Origin: Hydrogenobacter sp. | GTDB taxonomy: Bacteria; Aquificota; Aquificia; Aquificales; Aquificaceae | NCBI GenBank assembly: GCA_023255875.1 | Contig: JAGDVY010000040.1 | Location: 70,003-134,002, forward strand | Direction of reading: 5' to 3' | DNA: 64,000 bases | Notes under the pieces: model-generated | Told to the model about the DNA's origin: nothing | The model's input: only the letters and a program-made list of their open reading frames with translations | The model's database searches: none | Position numbers and translations under genes: made by a program | Shown: positions 42,034-55,080 of the stretch, one piece after another | Numbering within the stretch: position 1 is the stretch's first letter | How the letters are laid out: each line of letters opens with the position of its first letter

Positions 42034-42692
42034 ATCTTAAGAATGTACCCTAATCCCTTTACCGTTTTTATATATCTACCATGGGGGTCTATCTTTTTTC
42101 TCAGCCTACTTATCAACACTTCTATAACATTACTATCTGGTACATCTTCCCATCCGTATAACTTTTGAGCTATGTAGGTTTTAGACATTATTTTGTTGGA
42201 ATTTAAAGCAAGAAGCATGAGAAGTTTCAGCTCCATACCCGTAAGATCTAACTCTTGTCCTTTGAACTCTACTCTTTGTTTCACTATATCTATGCTCACA
42301 TCGCCAAAAGTTATAATACCTTGTGTTATGCTATACTGACGTCTTATCAAAGCTTTTATTCTTGCTACGAGTTCTTCAAAAGCAAAAGGTTTGGCAAGAT
42401 AGTCATCAGCTCCAGCGTTTAGTCCTTTTACTTTATCTTCTACAGAACCCTTGGCAGTGAGTATCAGGACAGGGGTATTTATGCCTTGCTTCCTTAGGCT
42501 CTCAAGAAGCTTTAGTCCATCTTGTTTTGGTAGCATTAAGTCAAGGATGATTACTTCATAAGAATTTTCCTTTGCATACTCTTGGGCTATAAGTCCATCA
42601 GAAACCCAATCAACTAAAAACCCTTCCTCTTCTAATCCTTTTTTGAGAAGTCTTCCTAAGGCTTTATCATCTTCTACTAATAAAAGCCTCAT
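42030..42692 (-). CDS. OmpR-family response regulator
   Basis: LLVEDD, ILDLMLP, GADDYLAKPF, TVKGLGY. Confidence 0.96.
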   Translation of the reverse strand: MRLLLVEDDKALGRLLKKGLEEEGFLVDWVSDGLIAQEYAKENSYEVIILDLMLPKQDGLKLLESLRKQGINTPVLILTAKGSVEDKVKGLNAGADDYLAKPFAFEELVARIKALIRRQYSITQGIITFGDVSIDIVKQRVEFKGQELDLTGMELKLLMLLALNSNKIMSKTYIAQKLYGWEDVPDSNVIEVLISRLRKKIDPHGRYIKTVKGLGYILKI

Positions 42693-42711
42693 AACGTTTT
42701 AATTTTAAGCC

Positions 42712-42740
42712 TTGAATTTCGCAAAGAAAAATGTTATAAT
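42712..42740 (+). promoter_or_regulatory. Sigma70-type promoter of the GT4-GT2 pair
   Basis: TTGAAT-17 nt-TATAAT. Confidence 0.55.
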
Positions 42741-42776
42741 TATTAATAAGCTACCTGACAGGTCTTTTTTGAGACC

Positions 42777-43907
42777 ATGAGGGTAGCACAGGTAGGTCCC
42801 CTCATTTACCAGATACCTCCAGAAAAGTACGGAGGCACCGAACTCGTAGTTTATAACATCATAAAAGGTCTAAAAGAAGAAGGTGTAGAATGCACACTTT
42901 TTGCCTCGGAAGGTTCAAAAGTAGAGGGTCAAGTGATACCCATATGTCCTCCTCTTGGTTGGAAAGATGAGCAGAAAATCGCTTACTATGAATATTTAGA
43001 AGCTTGTCATGTACTTTCAAGACAGGAAGAATTTGACATCATACACATCCATTTTTACCCACACAACCCCCAATGGTTCTTTTCACTACCTCTTTTCAAA
43101 AAGCCAGTGATCTTTACTATACACTCTTTGTTGGAAGGTTTTTCCAGACTCTATAGAAAGTTTCCTCACTTGGCACATGCACCTATGGTATCCATATCCA
43201 ACAACCAAAGAGAACCTTTACCCTTTGCTAATTACATAGCAACAGTTTACAACGGTATAGATGTAAAGCTATTTCCCTTTCAGGATAAAAAGGAAGATTT
43301 TTTGGTATTCATAGGAAGATCCACCTACGAAAAAGGTGTTGCGGAAGCTATACAGATAGCTAAAATTCTCGGAAAAAAGCTCTATCTGATAGTAAAAGTA
43401 GATACACCACAAGAAGAAGAGTATTTCTCAAAATACATAAAGCCTCACGTAGATGGCAAAAACATAGTTTTTCTTGGAGAGTTGAGTTTTGAAGAAAAGG
43501 TAGAGTACTTGAGTAAGGCATCTGCCTTTATATTCCCTATGCAATGGAGAGAGCCCTTTGGTTTAGTTATGATAGAAGCTATGGCTTGTGGTACACCTGT
43601 TTTTGTTGCGGACAGAGGTTCTGCAAAAGAGGTAGTTCTTCATGAAAAAACAGGTGTTTTGATAAAGGCAAGGAAAAAACCACGCTTTATGGACCAAGAT
43701 CTCATACAGGCTTTTGTAAAGGCATATAAAAAGTATGCAGACAAAATAGATCCCAAAGATTGTAGGAAACACGTTGAAGAAAACTTCACTTATCAGAAGA
43801 TGGCAAAAGGCTACCTACAGGCCTATCAAATAGTCATTGAAAACTGGGAAACCATAAGACAGAAGATACTTCACAATAGCCCATCTTTAATACTTACCAA
43901 ACTTTAG
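42777..43907 (+). CDS. GT4 family glycosyltransferase
   Basis: IPPEKYGGTE, EPFGLVMIEAMACGTPV. Confidence 0.92.
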   Translation: MRVAQVGPLIYQIPPEKYGGTELVVYNIIKGLKEEGVECTLFASEGSKVEGQVIPICPPLGWKDEQKIAYYEYLEACHVLSRQEEFDIIHIHFYPHNPQWFFSLPLFKKPVIFTIHSLLEGFSRLYRKFPHLAHAPMVSISNNQREPLPFANYIATVYNGIDVKLFPFQDKKEDFLVFIGRSTYEKGVAEAIQIAKILGKKLYLIVKVDTPQEEEYFSKYIKPHVDGKNIVFLGELSFEEKVEYLSKASAFIFPMQWREPFGLVMIEAMACGTPVFVADRGSAKEVVLHEKTGVLIKARKKPRFMDQDLIQAFVKAYKKYADKIDPKDCRKHVEENFTYQKMAKGYLQAYQIVIENWETIRQKILHNSPSLILTKL

Positions 43908-43939
43908 TAACCACTCTAAAAACTCTTAGAGGTAAACAC

Positions 43940-45274
43940 ATGGAATGGATATTCTTTATACTTGGCTTATTGCCTTATTTCTTGGAAATGTACTTTTTGA
44001 GGTACGCGCTTATGTATAAAAAACCAGAACCAAAAAAACTTGTTTATGAGCCCTTTGTGAGCATACATGTACCTATACACAAAGAGCCCCCAGATGTAGT
44101 AATAAGCACCCTTGAAAGCTTAAAAAAACAAGAGTATGAAAACTACGAAGTACTTGTTCTTGTTAATAATACGCCTGAGGAAGTCCTTAGAAAGCCTATA
44201 AAAGACTACTGTGAAAAAGAAAGCGGGATTTTTAAGTATCACTATATAGAGACTGCAGGCTATAAAGGAGGCACACTTAACAAAGCCATGAGCTTATCCC
44301 ATCCCAAAGCAGAAATAATAGGAGTGGTTGATAGCGATTATCGTGTATGCCCAGATTTTATAAGAAAAGGCGTCTCTTATTTTAAGGACAAAATAGCCAT
44401 TGTGCAGTTTCCTCAAGATTACAGAGACTTTCCAGAAACGCTTTTTTACAAAGCTATGTATCTATCCTACAGATACTTCTTTGCGGTAATAATGAGAATG
44501 TGTCATGTTTTGGGAGCGGTCGCTTTTATGGGAACAGTGGGCTTTATAAGAAAAGAATCCATAAAAGAAACAGGCAAGTGGAGTGAGCAGATAATAACAG
44601 AAGACAGTGAGATGGGTCTTAGAATGAATTTAAAAGGATTTAAAGGCATATACGTAGATGAAGGTGTGGGAAAAGGCTTTATGCCCTTTACGTGGTTCTC
44701 TTGTAGAAAACAAAGATTCAGATGGGCTTATGGGAATGCTCAAACTTTGCTAAAACACTTTACTGCTTTGGCTTTCACAAAGAACCTAAACTTTAAACAG
44801 AAAGTAGCTTTCTTTATACAGAACACCGTTTGGCACACTCCTCTTATCTACTCTTTGATATTTAACTACATAGGTGGATTTCTAAGTTTTTTAGGTGCAG
44901 GCTTATTAACAGGCTTTTTAGTTTCAAGGCTTTATAGCTTTCTTTGGATTTTCAGAAAGATAGATAGGCTAACCTTTTCTGAATCTGTCTTAGCTTTAGT
45001 GTTTTATTTCTCGCTGTTTTTCCCAATGAGTTATGCACCTATAAGAGTTTTAGTGCCCGTTGAGGTATCCTTTTATAGAACTCCAAAATCTAAAGAAGAG
45101 GAAAGGCCACTCTATATTGGTGAGATAGCACTACTCTCTCTAACTATTGCTGAACTCTTAATGTGCACAACTGAAAGAAGATGGTTGGGCATTTATACAT
45201 GTCTTTTGTCTATACTACTCTTTTTGTGCTTTTTGTGGGTTTATAGGCAGTCTAAGATTTCTAACCTCCCATGA
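43940..45274 (+). CDS. Processive GT2 glycosyltransferase (NdvB/CesA-like core)
   Basis: SIHVPIHKEPP, VVDSDY, TED, QRFRW (QxxRW), several C-terminal TMs. Confidence 0.88.
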   Translation: MEWIFFILGLLPYFLEMYFLRYALMYKKPEPKKLVYEPFVSIHVPIHKEPPDVVISTLESLKKQEYENYEVLVLVNNTPEEVLRKPIKDYCEKESGIFKYHYIETAGYKGGTLNKAMSLSHPKAEIIGVVDSDYRVCPDFIRKGVSYFKDKIAIVQFPQDYRDFPETLFYKAMYLSYRYFFAVIMRMCHVLGAVAFMGTVGFIRKESIKETGKWSEQIITEDSEMGLRMNLKGFKGIYVDEGVGKGFMPFTWFSCRKQRFRWAYGNAQTLLKHFTALAFTKNLNFKQKVAFFIQNTVWHTPLIYSLIFNYIGGFLSFLGAGLLTGFLVSRLYSFLWIFRKIDRLTFSESVLALVFYFSLFFPMSYAPIRVLVPVEVSFYRTPKSKEEERPLYIGEIALLSLTIAELLMCTTERRWLGIYTCLLSILLFLCFLWVYRQSKISNLP

Positions 45275-45815
45275 TCTCCCTTTCTTTTGCTTCTGTCAGC
45301 TGATTTATTTGCTCTATGTACTTATCTGTAAGTTTTTGAAGCTTTTCTAAACCTCTCTTTATTTCGTCTTCTGATATACCTTCAAGATCTTCTATGGTTT
45401 CTTTTGCATCTTTGCGGATGTTTCTTACTGCTACCCTCGCTTCTTCAGCCATTTTGTGCAGGAGTTTTACCAGCTCCTTTCTTCTCTCCTCCGTGAGAGG
45501 TGGTAATGTGATCCTAATGGTATTTCCCTGCCTTTGGGGGTTTAGGTTTAGCTCTTCCATTATGGCTTTTTCTATGTTGGATACCGCGTTGCTATCCCAG
45601 ACCTGCACAACTATTTGGTTAGGTTCTGGTACAGATATATTACCTAACTGTTTGAGGGGAACTTTTGATCCGTAGTACTCCACTTTTAGCTCTTCCACAA
45701 GTGATGTAGTTGCCCTTCCCGTCCTTAGCCCTGCTATCTCATTTTTGAAGTGTTCCACGCTCTTTTTCATATCCTTTTCCATCTCATTGAGTATGTCCTC
45801 TATCTCCTTTACCAT
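45261..45815 (-). CDS. frr: Ribosome recycling factor
   Basis: LRTGRA, EARVAVRNIR; SD GGAGG before ATG 45815. Confidence 0.97.
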   Translation of the reverse strand: MVKEIEDILNEMEKDMKKSVEHFKNEIAGLRTGRATTSLVEELKVEYYGSKVPLKQLGNISVPEPNQIVVQVWDSNAVSNIEKAIMEELNLNPQRQGNTIRITLPPLTEERRKELVKLLHKMAEEARVAVRNIRKDAKETIEDLEGISEDEIKRGLEKLQKLTDKYIEQINQLTEAKEREIMGG

Positions 45816-45874
45816 GACTTTTACCTCCTTTAGGTGAGGACCTTCTGCAAAATTAAAATTATAACAGCTTGAGA

Positions 45875-45979
45875 CTGTTTGAAAAATAGCAAAAAAGCTT
45901 CTTACAATAATACCCAAAACAAGAGGAGGGCTATTTTTAGAAATCAAGTTCTGTCAATGCTCTGGGATTTTTCAAACAG
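45875..45979. mobile_element. MITE-like element, family B (105 bp)
   Basis: Perfect 13-bp inverted repeats CTGTTTGAAAAAT / ATTTTTCAAACAG; ends recur at 21423 and 34427. Confidence 0.55.
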
Positions 45980-45992
45980 CTTTTATATGAAC

Positions 45993-46021
45993 TTGACATT
46001 TGTCTGGAGATCCTATATAAT
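45993..46021 (+). promoter_or_regulatory. Consensus sigma70 promoter for tRNA-Glu (and possibly gyrB)
   Basis: TTGACA-17 nt-TATAAT. Confidence 0.8.
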
Positions 46022-46036
46022 AATTCTATGAAGTGA

Positions 46037-49278
<3,242 letters not shown>

Positions 49279-49279
49279 G

Positions 49280-49948
49280 ATGGGGAAGCTTTATGTAGTT
49301 GCCACTCCTATAGGAAACCTCAAAGACATAACTCTAAGAGCTCTTGAGGTACTCAAAGAGGTAAATTTCATAGCCTGCGAAGACACAAGAAGGACAAGCA
49401 TTCTTCTTAACCACTTTAATATAGAGGGAAAGAAATTGCTATCTTATTACGAACCAAAAGAGAGCGTCCAAGTTCCTAAGATAATAAAGCTACTTGAGAG
49501 GGAAGATGTGGCACTTATAACAGATGCAGGCACTCCCACCATCTCCGATCCCGGTTATAAACTCATTAAGGCTTGTATAGAAAAAGGTATTCAGGTGGAG
49601 GTGATCCCAGGACCCAGCGCAGTGCTCACCGCTTTGGTGGGCTCTGGCTTACCCACAGACAGATTTCTTTTTGTAGGATTTTTACCAAGAAAGGGCCTTG
49701 CAGGCTTCTTTGAAGATATAAAAAAGTGCGAAGATACTACCATCATAGCCTTTGAATCTCCTAATCGTATATTAAAGAGCCTTGAGGTTATGAAGGAAGT
49801 ATATACAGATGACCTTCCTGTTTGTGTTGCAAGAGAACTGACCAAACTACACGAAGAGTTTATTAGAGGCAAGCTGTCTGAGGTGTATAACCAGCTCTCT
49901 TCAAGGGGAGAAATAAAAGGGGAAATAGTGCTTCTTTGGAGGCAGTAG
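49280..49948 (+). CDS. rsmI: 16S rRNA C1402 2'-O-methyltransferase
   Basis: LYVVATPIGNLKDITLRA, ACEDTR, DAGTPTISDPG, RELTKLHEE. Confidence 0.96.
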   Translation: MGKLYVVATPIGNLKDITLRALEVLKEVNFIACEDTRRTSILLNHFNIEGKKLLSYYEPKESVQVPKIIKLLEREDVALITDAGTPTISDPGYKLIKACIEKGIQVEVIPGPSAVLTALVGSGLPTDRFLFVGFLPRKGLAGFFEDIKKCEDTTIIAFESPNRILKSLEVMKEVYTDDLPVCVARELTKLHEEFIRGKLSEVYNQLSSRGEIKGEIVLLWRQ

Positions 49949-49951
49949 AAG

Positions 49952-50608
49952 GTGTTTTATGTGCTACCCTCCAGCAAAAAACAGTCAAAGATGAAAGGTA
50001 GCTACCAAGATTATAAAGATGAAAGATTTGCATCGCTATATCCAAAAGCAAAAGAGCTCATGCGTTGCTTTGATGTAAAAGAGGAGTTTCTACCTCTTTT
50101 TTTGAGGTATAAAAATAAGTTCTGGGATAGTTTAGAGTATTGGGTGCTTCCTCCAGCAGTACAGGCTAGGATAAAGGAAAGATCTGTAGTTTTGAGTCCT
50201 CTTTTGGGACTTGCATCTGTGGAAAGCCCTATGCCTGCATATAGTCTTGATTGGAAAAGTATTTGCCAAGGTAAAACCCTCAGAGAATACTGGAAAGAAG
50301 ATATAAAAAAACTGAGCAGAGAGCTCTTTGAAGGTAAAACGGTTTTTCTCTTTGTGGGAAAACAGGAGGAGAGCCTTCTTGACCTTTCTACAGCTTCCCA
50401 GATTGTGGTTTTTGAGTATTACAAAGCTCAGCAAAAGGTGAAAAATCCTTTGCCCCACAGAGCATACACCCTTCGCTATATAGCAGAAAGGGACCTAAGC
50501 CTTGATGAGCTCTCTAAGATAAACTTTTACGACTATAAGGTGGAAAAGATAGAGTCCTCGGGAAAGAAGATCAAGGTCCTGCTTAGAAGTGAGGGAAGAT
50601 ACATATAA
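49952..50608 (+). CDS. YaaA/DUF328-like protein
   Basis: LPSSKKQ, VLSPLLGL..P.Y.LDW, L.EYW. Confidence 0.65.
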   Translation: MFYVLPSSKKQSKMKGSYQDYKDERFASLYPKAKELMRCFDVKEEFLPLFLRYKNKFWDSLEYWVLPPAVQARIKERSVVLSPLLGLASVESPMPAYSLDWKSICQGKTLREYWKEDIKKLSRELFEGKTVFLFVGKQEESLLDLSTASQIVVFEYYKAQQKVKNPLPHRAYTLRYIAERDLSLDELSKINFYDYKVEKIESSGKKIKVLLRSEGRYI

Positions 50609-50628
50609 TTTAAGCAAGGAGGTTTAAG

Positions 50629-51633
50629 ATGGACAGCAAAGAGAAGTTTATTATAGATTTGGGAGAGAAAGTCATCAGAGGAGAGCACATCACAAGAGAA
50701 GAAGCCCTTGAAGTTTTGAGACTTCCTGATGAATACATAGCCCTGCTTGTTTATGTGGCACAAAAGGTAAAGAATGCCTTTTTTCCTTCTAACAGCGTGG
50801 AGTTTTGCTCCATAATAAACGCAAAAAGTGGAGCTTGCTCGGAGGACTGTAAGTTCTGCGCTCAGTCTAAGTTCTATAAGACGCCCATAAATATATACTC
50901 TTTAGTGCCCAAAGAGGAAATAATAGAGGGTGCTTACAGGGGTGTTGAGTTTGGTGCCAACAGGTACTGCGTAGTGCTCAGCGGTAAAAAGGCAACACCT
51001 CAGGAGGTGGAAAAGATAGCACAGGCTGTTGAGGAGATAAAACACAGAGAGAAACTACCTATAAATGTATGCGTGTCTGCCGGCACTCTTGATGAGGAGG
51101 ACCTCCTTAGGCTAAAATCTGCTGGTGTAAAAAGGATCAATCACAACCTTGAAACTTCCGAAAGGTTCTTCCCAAACATAGTAAGCACTCATACTTGGAG
51201 GGAGCGCTATGAGACTATAAAACGTATCAAGTCTGTGGGACTCTCCGCGTGCTGTGGTGGTATATTTGGTATGGGTGAGACAGACCAAGACAGGGTTGAC
51301 CTTGCTTTAACTTACAGAGAGCTGGGTGTGGACTCCATACCTCTAAACTTTCTTATGCCTATAGAAGGCACACCCATGCAAAACGCTCCTGGAATTGGTC
51401 CTTTAGAAGCTCTCAAAGTTATAGCTATGTTCAGACTTACAAACCCCAAAGCAGAGCTAAGGCTGTGTGGAGGAAGAGAGCAAACTCTCAGGGACTTTCA
51501 CGGGATGGCAGTCCTTATGACCAACGCTATGATGGTGGGTGGGTATTTAACACGCGCAGGAAGGGACATAAAGAAGGACTATCAACTGCTTAGAGACCTC
51601 AAAGCGGAAAGACTTCAAAAAGTTCTTGAATGA
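50629..51633 (+). CDS. bioB: Biotin synthase
   Basis: NAKSGACSEDCKFCAQS, NHNLET, CCGGIFGMGE, GGRE. Confidence 0.96.
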   Translation: MDSKEKFIIDLGEKVIRGEHITREEALEVLRLPDEYIALLVYVAQKVKNAFFPSNSVEFCSIINAKSGACSEDCKFCAQSKFYKTPINIYSLVPKEEIIEGAYRGVEFGANRYCVVLSGKKATPQEVEKIAQAVEEIKHREKLPINVCVSAGTLDEEDLLRLKSAGVKRINHNLETSERFFPNIVSTHTWRERYETIKRIKSVGLSACCGGIFGMGETDQDRVDLALTYRELGVDSIPLNFLMPIEGTPMQNAPGIGPLEALKVIAMFRLTNPKAELRLCGGREQTLRDFHGMAVLMTNAMMVGGYLTRAGRDIKKDYQLLRDLKAERLQKVLE

Positions 51634-52238
51634 TAGAAGTAAGGACTGGCTTTGAAAATATGAAGATAGACCAGGATAATCTTTTAGCCCTTGAGGAAGG
51701 AAGAGGTAAGCCCGTAAAAAGGATATACATGTGGAGTGAACCCACAATAAGTATAGGTTATTCACAAAAACCCAGAGAGTTTAGCGTGCCTGTGGTAAAA
51801 AGACCCACAGGTGGTGGCGCACTACTACACGGATGGGACATATCCTTTTCCATCGTTGATTACAAAAGCAACTGGGGAAAAAGCTTTTCAGAGATATACA
51901 AAAAGCTAAGCCAAAGGTTGGCGGATGCTTTTGGTTCTATGGGTGTGTCTGTAGAGATATGCAAAAACAAGGGAGTTCAAGGTGATAGTTATTACTGCTT
52001 CTTTTTTCCTAGTTTAGGAGAGCTGACGGTAAATGGGAGAAAGCTTGTGGCATGTGCCATGAGAACCCTCAAAAGGGCTTTCCTTTTGCATGGTAGTGTA
52101 TTCTTGGACTTGGACTACGCTATGGCAAGCAAGATAATAGGTGTGCCAGAAGATGAGCTAAGAAGGCGCATAGTGTGTGCTCAAGAGTTGGGTCTTTCAA
52201 AGGAAGATGTTTTACAGGTGCTTAGTCAAGGCTTATAA
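51630..52238 (+). CDS. Lipoate-protein ligase / octanoyltransferase family
   Basis: [34 protein letters not shown]. Confidence 0.88.
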   Translation: MIEVRTGFENMKIDQDNLLALEEGRGKPVKRIYMWSEPTISIGYSQKPREFSVPVVKRPTGGGALLHGWDISFSIVDYKSNWGKSFSEIYKKLSQRLADAFGSMGVSVEICKNKGVQGDSYYCFFFPSLGELTVNGRKLVACAMRTLKRAFLLHGSVFLDLDYAMASKIIGVPEDELRRRIVCAQELGLSKEDVLQVLSQGL

Positions 52239-52246
52239 TTAATCTT

Positions 52247-54460
52247 ATGGGCAAAGTAAGATTACAAGATGTAGCAAGAGAGTTAGGCAAAAGCGTAAAG
52301 GACGTGAAGGAGCTTCTAAGAGCTTACGGTATAGAAAAATCCAACTTTTCTCATCTTGATGAGGAAGAACTGCAGATCATATATGATAACCTTGGCGTAG
52401 AAAAAGAAGAAGAAAAACAAGAAAAGACACAAGAAACCAAAAAGGAAAATAAGGATCAAAAACAACCTAAAAAGGAAAAGGAATCAGTTAAGTCAGAAAA
52501 ACCAAAGGCAGGTTTAAAGAAAGAGTCAAAACCAGTGCCTAAAGCACCACCACCACCTCCACCTTCAGAAGTTAAAGAGCAGAAAGTTGAGGAAAGAACC
52601 AAAAAAGAGGCTGTAGCTGAGAAGAAGATGGATAAAGAAGAACAACAGGCACTCAAAAAGCTTGAGCAACACATAGAGAAAAAGAAAAAGGAAGAAAAGA
52701 AGGAAGAGGAAATAAAGATAGTTGAAATACCGCAGATTATCACCGTTAGAGAGCTTGCAGAGCTATTAAAAGTTCCACCCAATCAGGTCATGGCAGAGCT
52801 CCTCAAAAAAGGCATACTTGCCACCATAAACCAGACTATACCAGCGGAAGTGGCTGTGTCCATAGCGGAAAGCATGGGATTTCTTGCGGAAATAAAGAGC
52901 ATAGAAGAAAAGATAGATCAAGAGGAAGAAGAAGAGCCATCAGAAAACCTTCAACCAAGGCCTCCTGTTGTAGTGGTAATGGGGCATGTGGATCACGGAA
53001 AAACCACGCTTCTTGATGCGGTACGCAAAACCAACGTGGCGGAAAGGGAAAAGGGAGGAATAACCCAGCACATTGGCGCATCTGTTGTAGAGCTTCCAGA
53101 CGGAAGAAAAATAACCTTTTTGGACACACCAGGACACGAAGCTTTTACTTCTCTGAGAGCAAGGGGCGCACAGGTCACAGACATAGCGGTGCTTGTAGTT
53201 GCTGCAGATGATGGTGTAATGCCACAGACGATAGAAGCCATAAATCACGCAAGAGCGTTTAATCTGCCCATAATAGTGGCGGTTAACAAGATAGACAAAC
53301 CAGGTGCTGATCCCCAAAAGGTGAGGCGAGAGCTTGCAGAACTTGGACTAATACCCGAAGAGTGGGGAGGAGACACCATATTTGTTGATGTATCTGCAAA
53401 AACAGGTCAGAACATAGACCAGCTTCTTGAATACATACTGCTGTTGGCGGAGATACTTGAACTCAAAGCTGATCCCACCAAGAGAGCCAAAGGCACCATC
53501 ATAGAATCCAAAGTGGACAAACAGAAAGGAATAGTGGCAACAGTTTTAATTCAGGAGGGCACTCTTCACGTAGGGGATATCTTTGTTGCAGGCACTACCT
53601 ACGGAAGAGTCAGAGCCATGATAGATGATAAAGGTAGAAGGCTCAAGTCCGCAGGACCCTCAACACCCGTAGAGGTTTTGGGTTTTGAGGACCTACCTAT
53701 GGCAGGAGACACTTTCAAGGTAGTACCCGATGAGAAGACCGCAAGGCAGATAGCAGAAGCAAGAAGAATACAAAAGGAACAGTTGGAAAAGGTATCAAGA
53801 GGTTTGGTGCTTGAGGAGATCTTTAAAAAGATTCAAGAAGGAGAGCTAAAAGAACTCAAGCTTATAGTAAAGACAGATACAGTGGGCTCCTTGGAAGCTA
53901 TAAAGAAGGCTCTTTCTGAAATACCTCAGCAGGAGGTAGGTATAAGGATCATACACGGCGATGTAGGTGGTATAACAGAAAATGACATTATGCTTGCAAA
54001 AGCCAGTTCCGCTATAGTAATAGGCTTTAACACAAGGCCCGATGTAAAAGCTAAGGAGGCTGCAGAAAGGGAAAAGGTAGATGTAAGGCTCTATGGCATT
54101 ATCTATGAGCTTATAGATGATATTAAGAAAGCTCTTAAGGGTATGCTAAAACCTGTAGAGAAAGAGGTAGTGCTTGGTTCTGCAGAAGTCAGAGCGGTCT
54201 TTAAGATAAAGTCTGTGGGAAATGTGGCAGGTTGCTATGTGCTTGAAGGCAAAATGGTCAGAAATGCAAGGGCAAGGCTTATAAGAAACGGTGTGGTCAT
54301 ATACGATGGTAAAATAGAAAGTCTAAAGAGATTCAAGGAAGATGTGCAGGAAGTAGCAAAAGGCTACGAATGCGGTATAAAGCTAAAAGATTACAACGAT
54401 ATAAAGGTGGGTGATGTGATAGAATGCTACGAGATAAAGTTAGAACAACCACAACTCTGA
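52247..54460 (+). CDS. infB: Translation initiation factor IF-2
   Basis: [29 protein letters not shown]. Confidence 0.98.
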   Translation: MGKVRLQDVARELGKSVKDVKELLRAYGIEKSNFSHLDEEELQIIYDNLGVEKEEEKQEKTQETKKENKDQKQPKKEKESVKSEKPKAGLKKESKPVPKAPPPPPPSEVKEQKVEERTKKEAVAEKKMDKEEQQALKKLEQHIEKKKKEEKKEEEIKIVEIPQIITVRELAELLKVPPNQVMAELLKKGILATINQTIPAEVAVSIAESMGFLAEIKSIEEKIDQEEEEEPSENLQPRPPVVVVMGHVDHGKTTLLDAVRKTNVAEREKGGITQHIGASVVELPDGRKITFLDTPGHEAFTSLRARGAQVTDIAVLVVAADDGVMPQTIEAINHARAFNLPIIVAVNKIDKPGADPQKVRRELAELGLIPEEWGGDTIFVDVSAKTGQNIDQLLEYILLLAEILELKADPTKRAKGTIIESKVDKQKGIVATVLIQEGTLHVGDIFVAGTTYGRVRAMIDDKGRRLKSAGPSTPVEVLGFEDLPMAGDTFKVVPDEKTARQIAEARRIQKEQLEKVSRGLVLEEIFKKIQEGELKELKLIVKTDTVGSLEAIKKALSEIPQQEVGIRIIHGDVGGITENDIMLAKASSAIVIGFNTRPDVKAKEAAEREKVDVRLYGIIYELIDDIKKALKGMLKPVEKEVVLGSAEVRAVFKIKSVGNVAGCYVLEGKMVRNARARLIRNGVVIYDGKIESLKRFKEDVQEVAKGYECGIKLKDYNDIKVGDVIECYEIKLEQPQL

Positions 54461-55080
54461 GCATAAACGAGATATACCCCACCATTCAAGGAGAGGGATT
54501 CCTCGCAGGAAGTCCATGCCTTATGGTGCGATTTCAAGGTTGCAACTTAAGGTGTCCGTGGTGTGATCAGCCTACCGCCTTAGTATTTAAAAACCCAAAC
54601 ACAGAACTCTCTACTCTCTTGGAAGAAATAAGGAGTTATCCTCACAAACACATAGTGCTCACAGGTGGAGAACCTTTGGCACAACCCAACCTTCACCTCT
54701 TAGTTTACGAGCTTGTCCAAGAAGATTATTTTGTGCAGATAGAAACCAACGGCACGCTCTGGAACGAAAACTTAAAAGCGGTAGAGGATCATATACACAT
54801 AACATGCTCACCAAAGGAGGTAGCAAACTGGTATGTGCATCCTTCTGTGCTCAGGAACGCTAAAGAGTTAAAATTTGTTGTTGATGAGAGCTTTTCCTCT
54901 CATGTTCTAAAAAGAAGTGAGTTCTTACCTTTCCTTGAAAAGGGTCTGGTGGTGCTACAACCAGAAGGCAACAAAGAAAAGTTTTTACAAAAAGCCCTGA
55001 AAATACAAACAGACCTGCTTAAAGAGGGATACACCCTCAGAGTAATACCTCAACTTCACAAACTTATTGGCTTAAAGTGA
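54424..55080 (+). CDS. queE: 7-carboxy-7-deazaguanine synthase (radical SAM)
   Basis: [32 protein letters not shown]; start uncertain. Confidence 0.9.
   Translation: MLRDKVRTTTTLSINEIYPTIQGEGFLAGSPCLMVRFQGCNLRCPWCDQPTALVFKNPNTELSTLLEEIRSYPHKHIVLTGGEPLAQPNLHLLVYELVQEDYFVQIETNGTLWNENLKAVEDHIHITCSPKEVANWYVHPSVLRNAKELKFVVDESFSSHVLKRSEFLPFLEKGLVVLQPEGNKEKFLQKALKIQTDLLKEGYTLRVIPQLHKLIGLK

Noticed and set aside
45816-45947. N-terminal extension of Frr in the ORF track
   Set aside because: Runs through the repeat element; the strong SD precedes ATG 45815.
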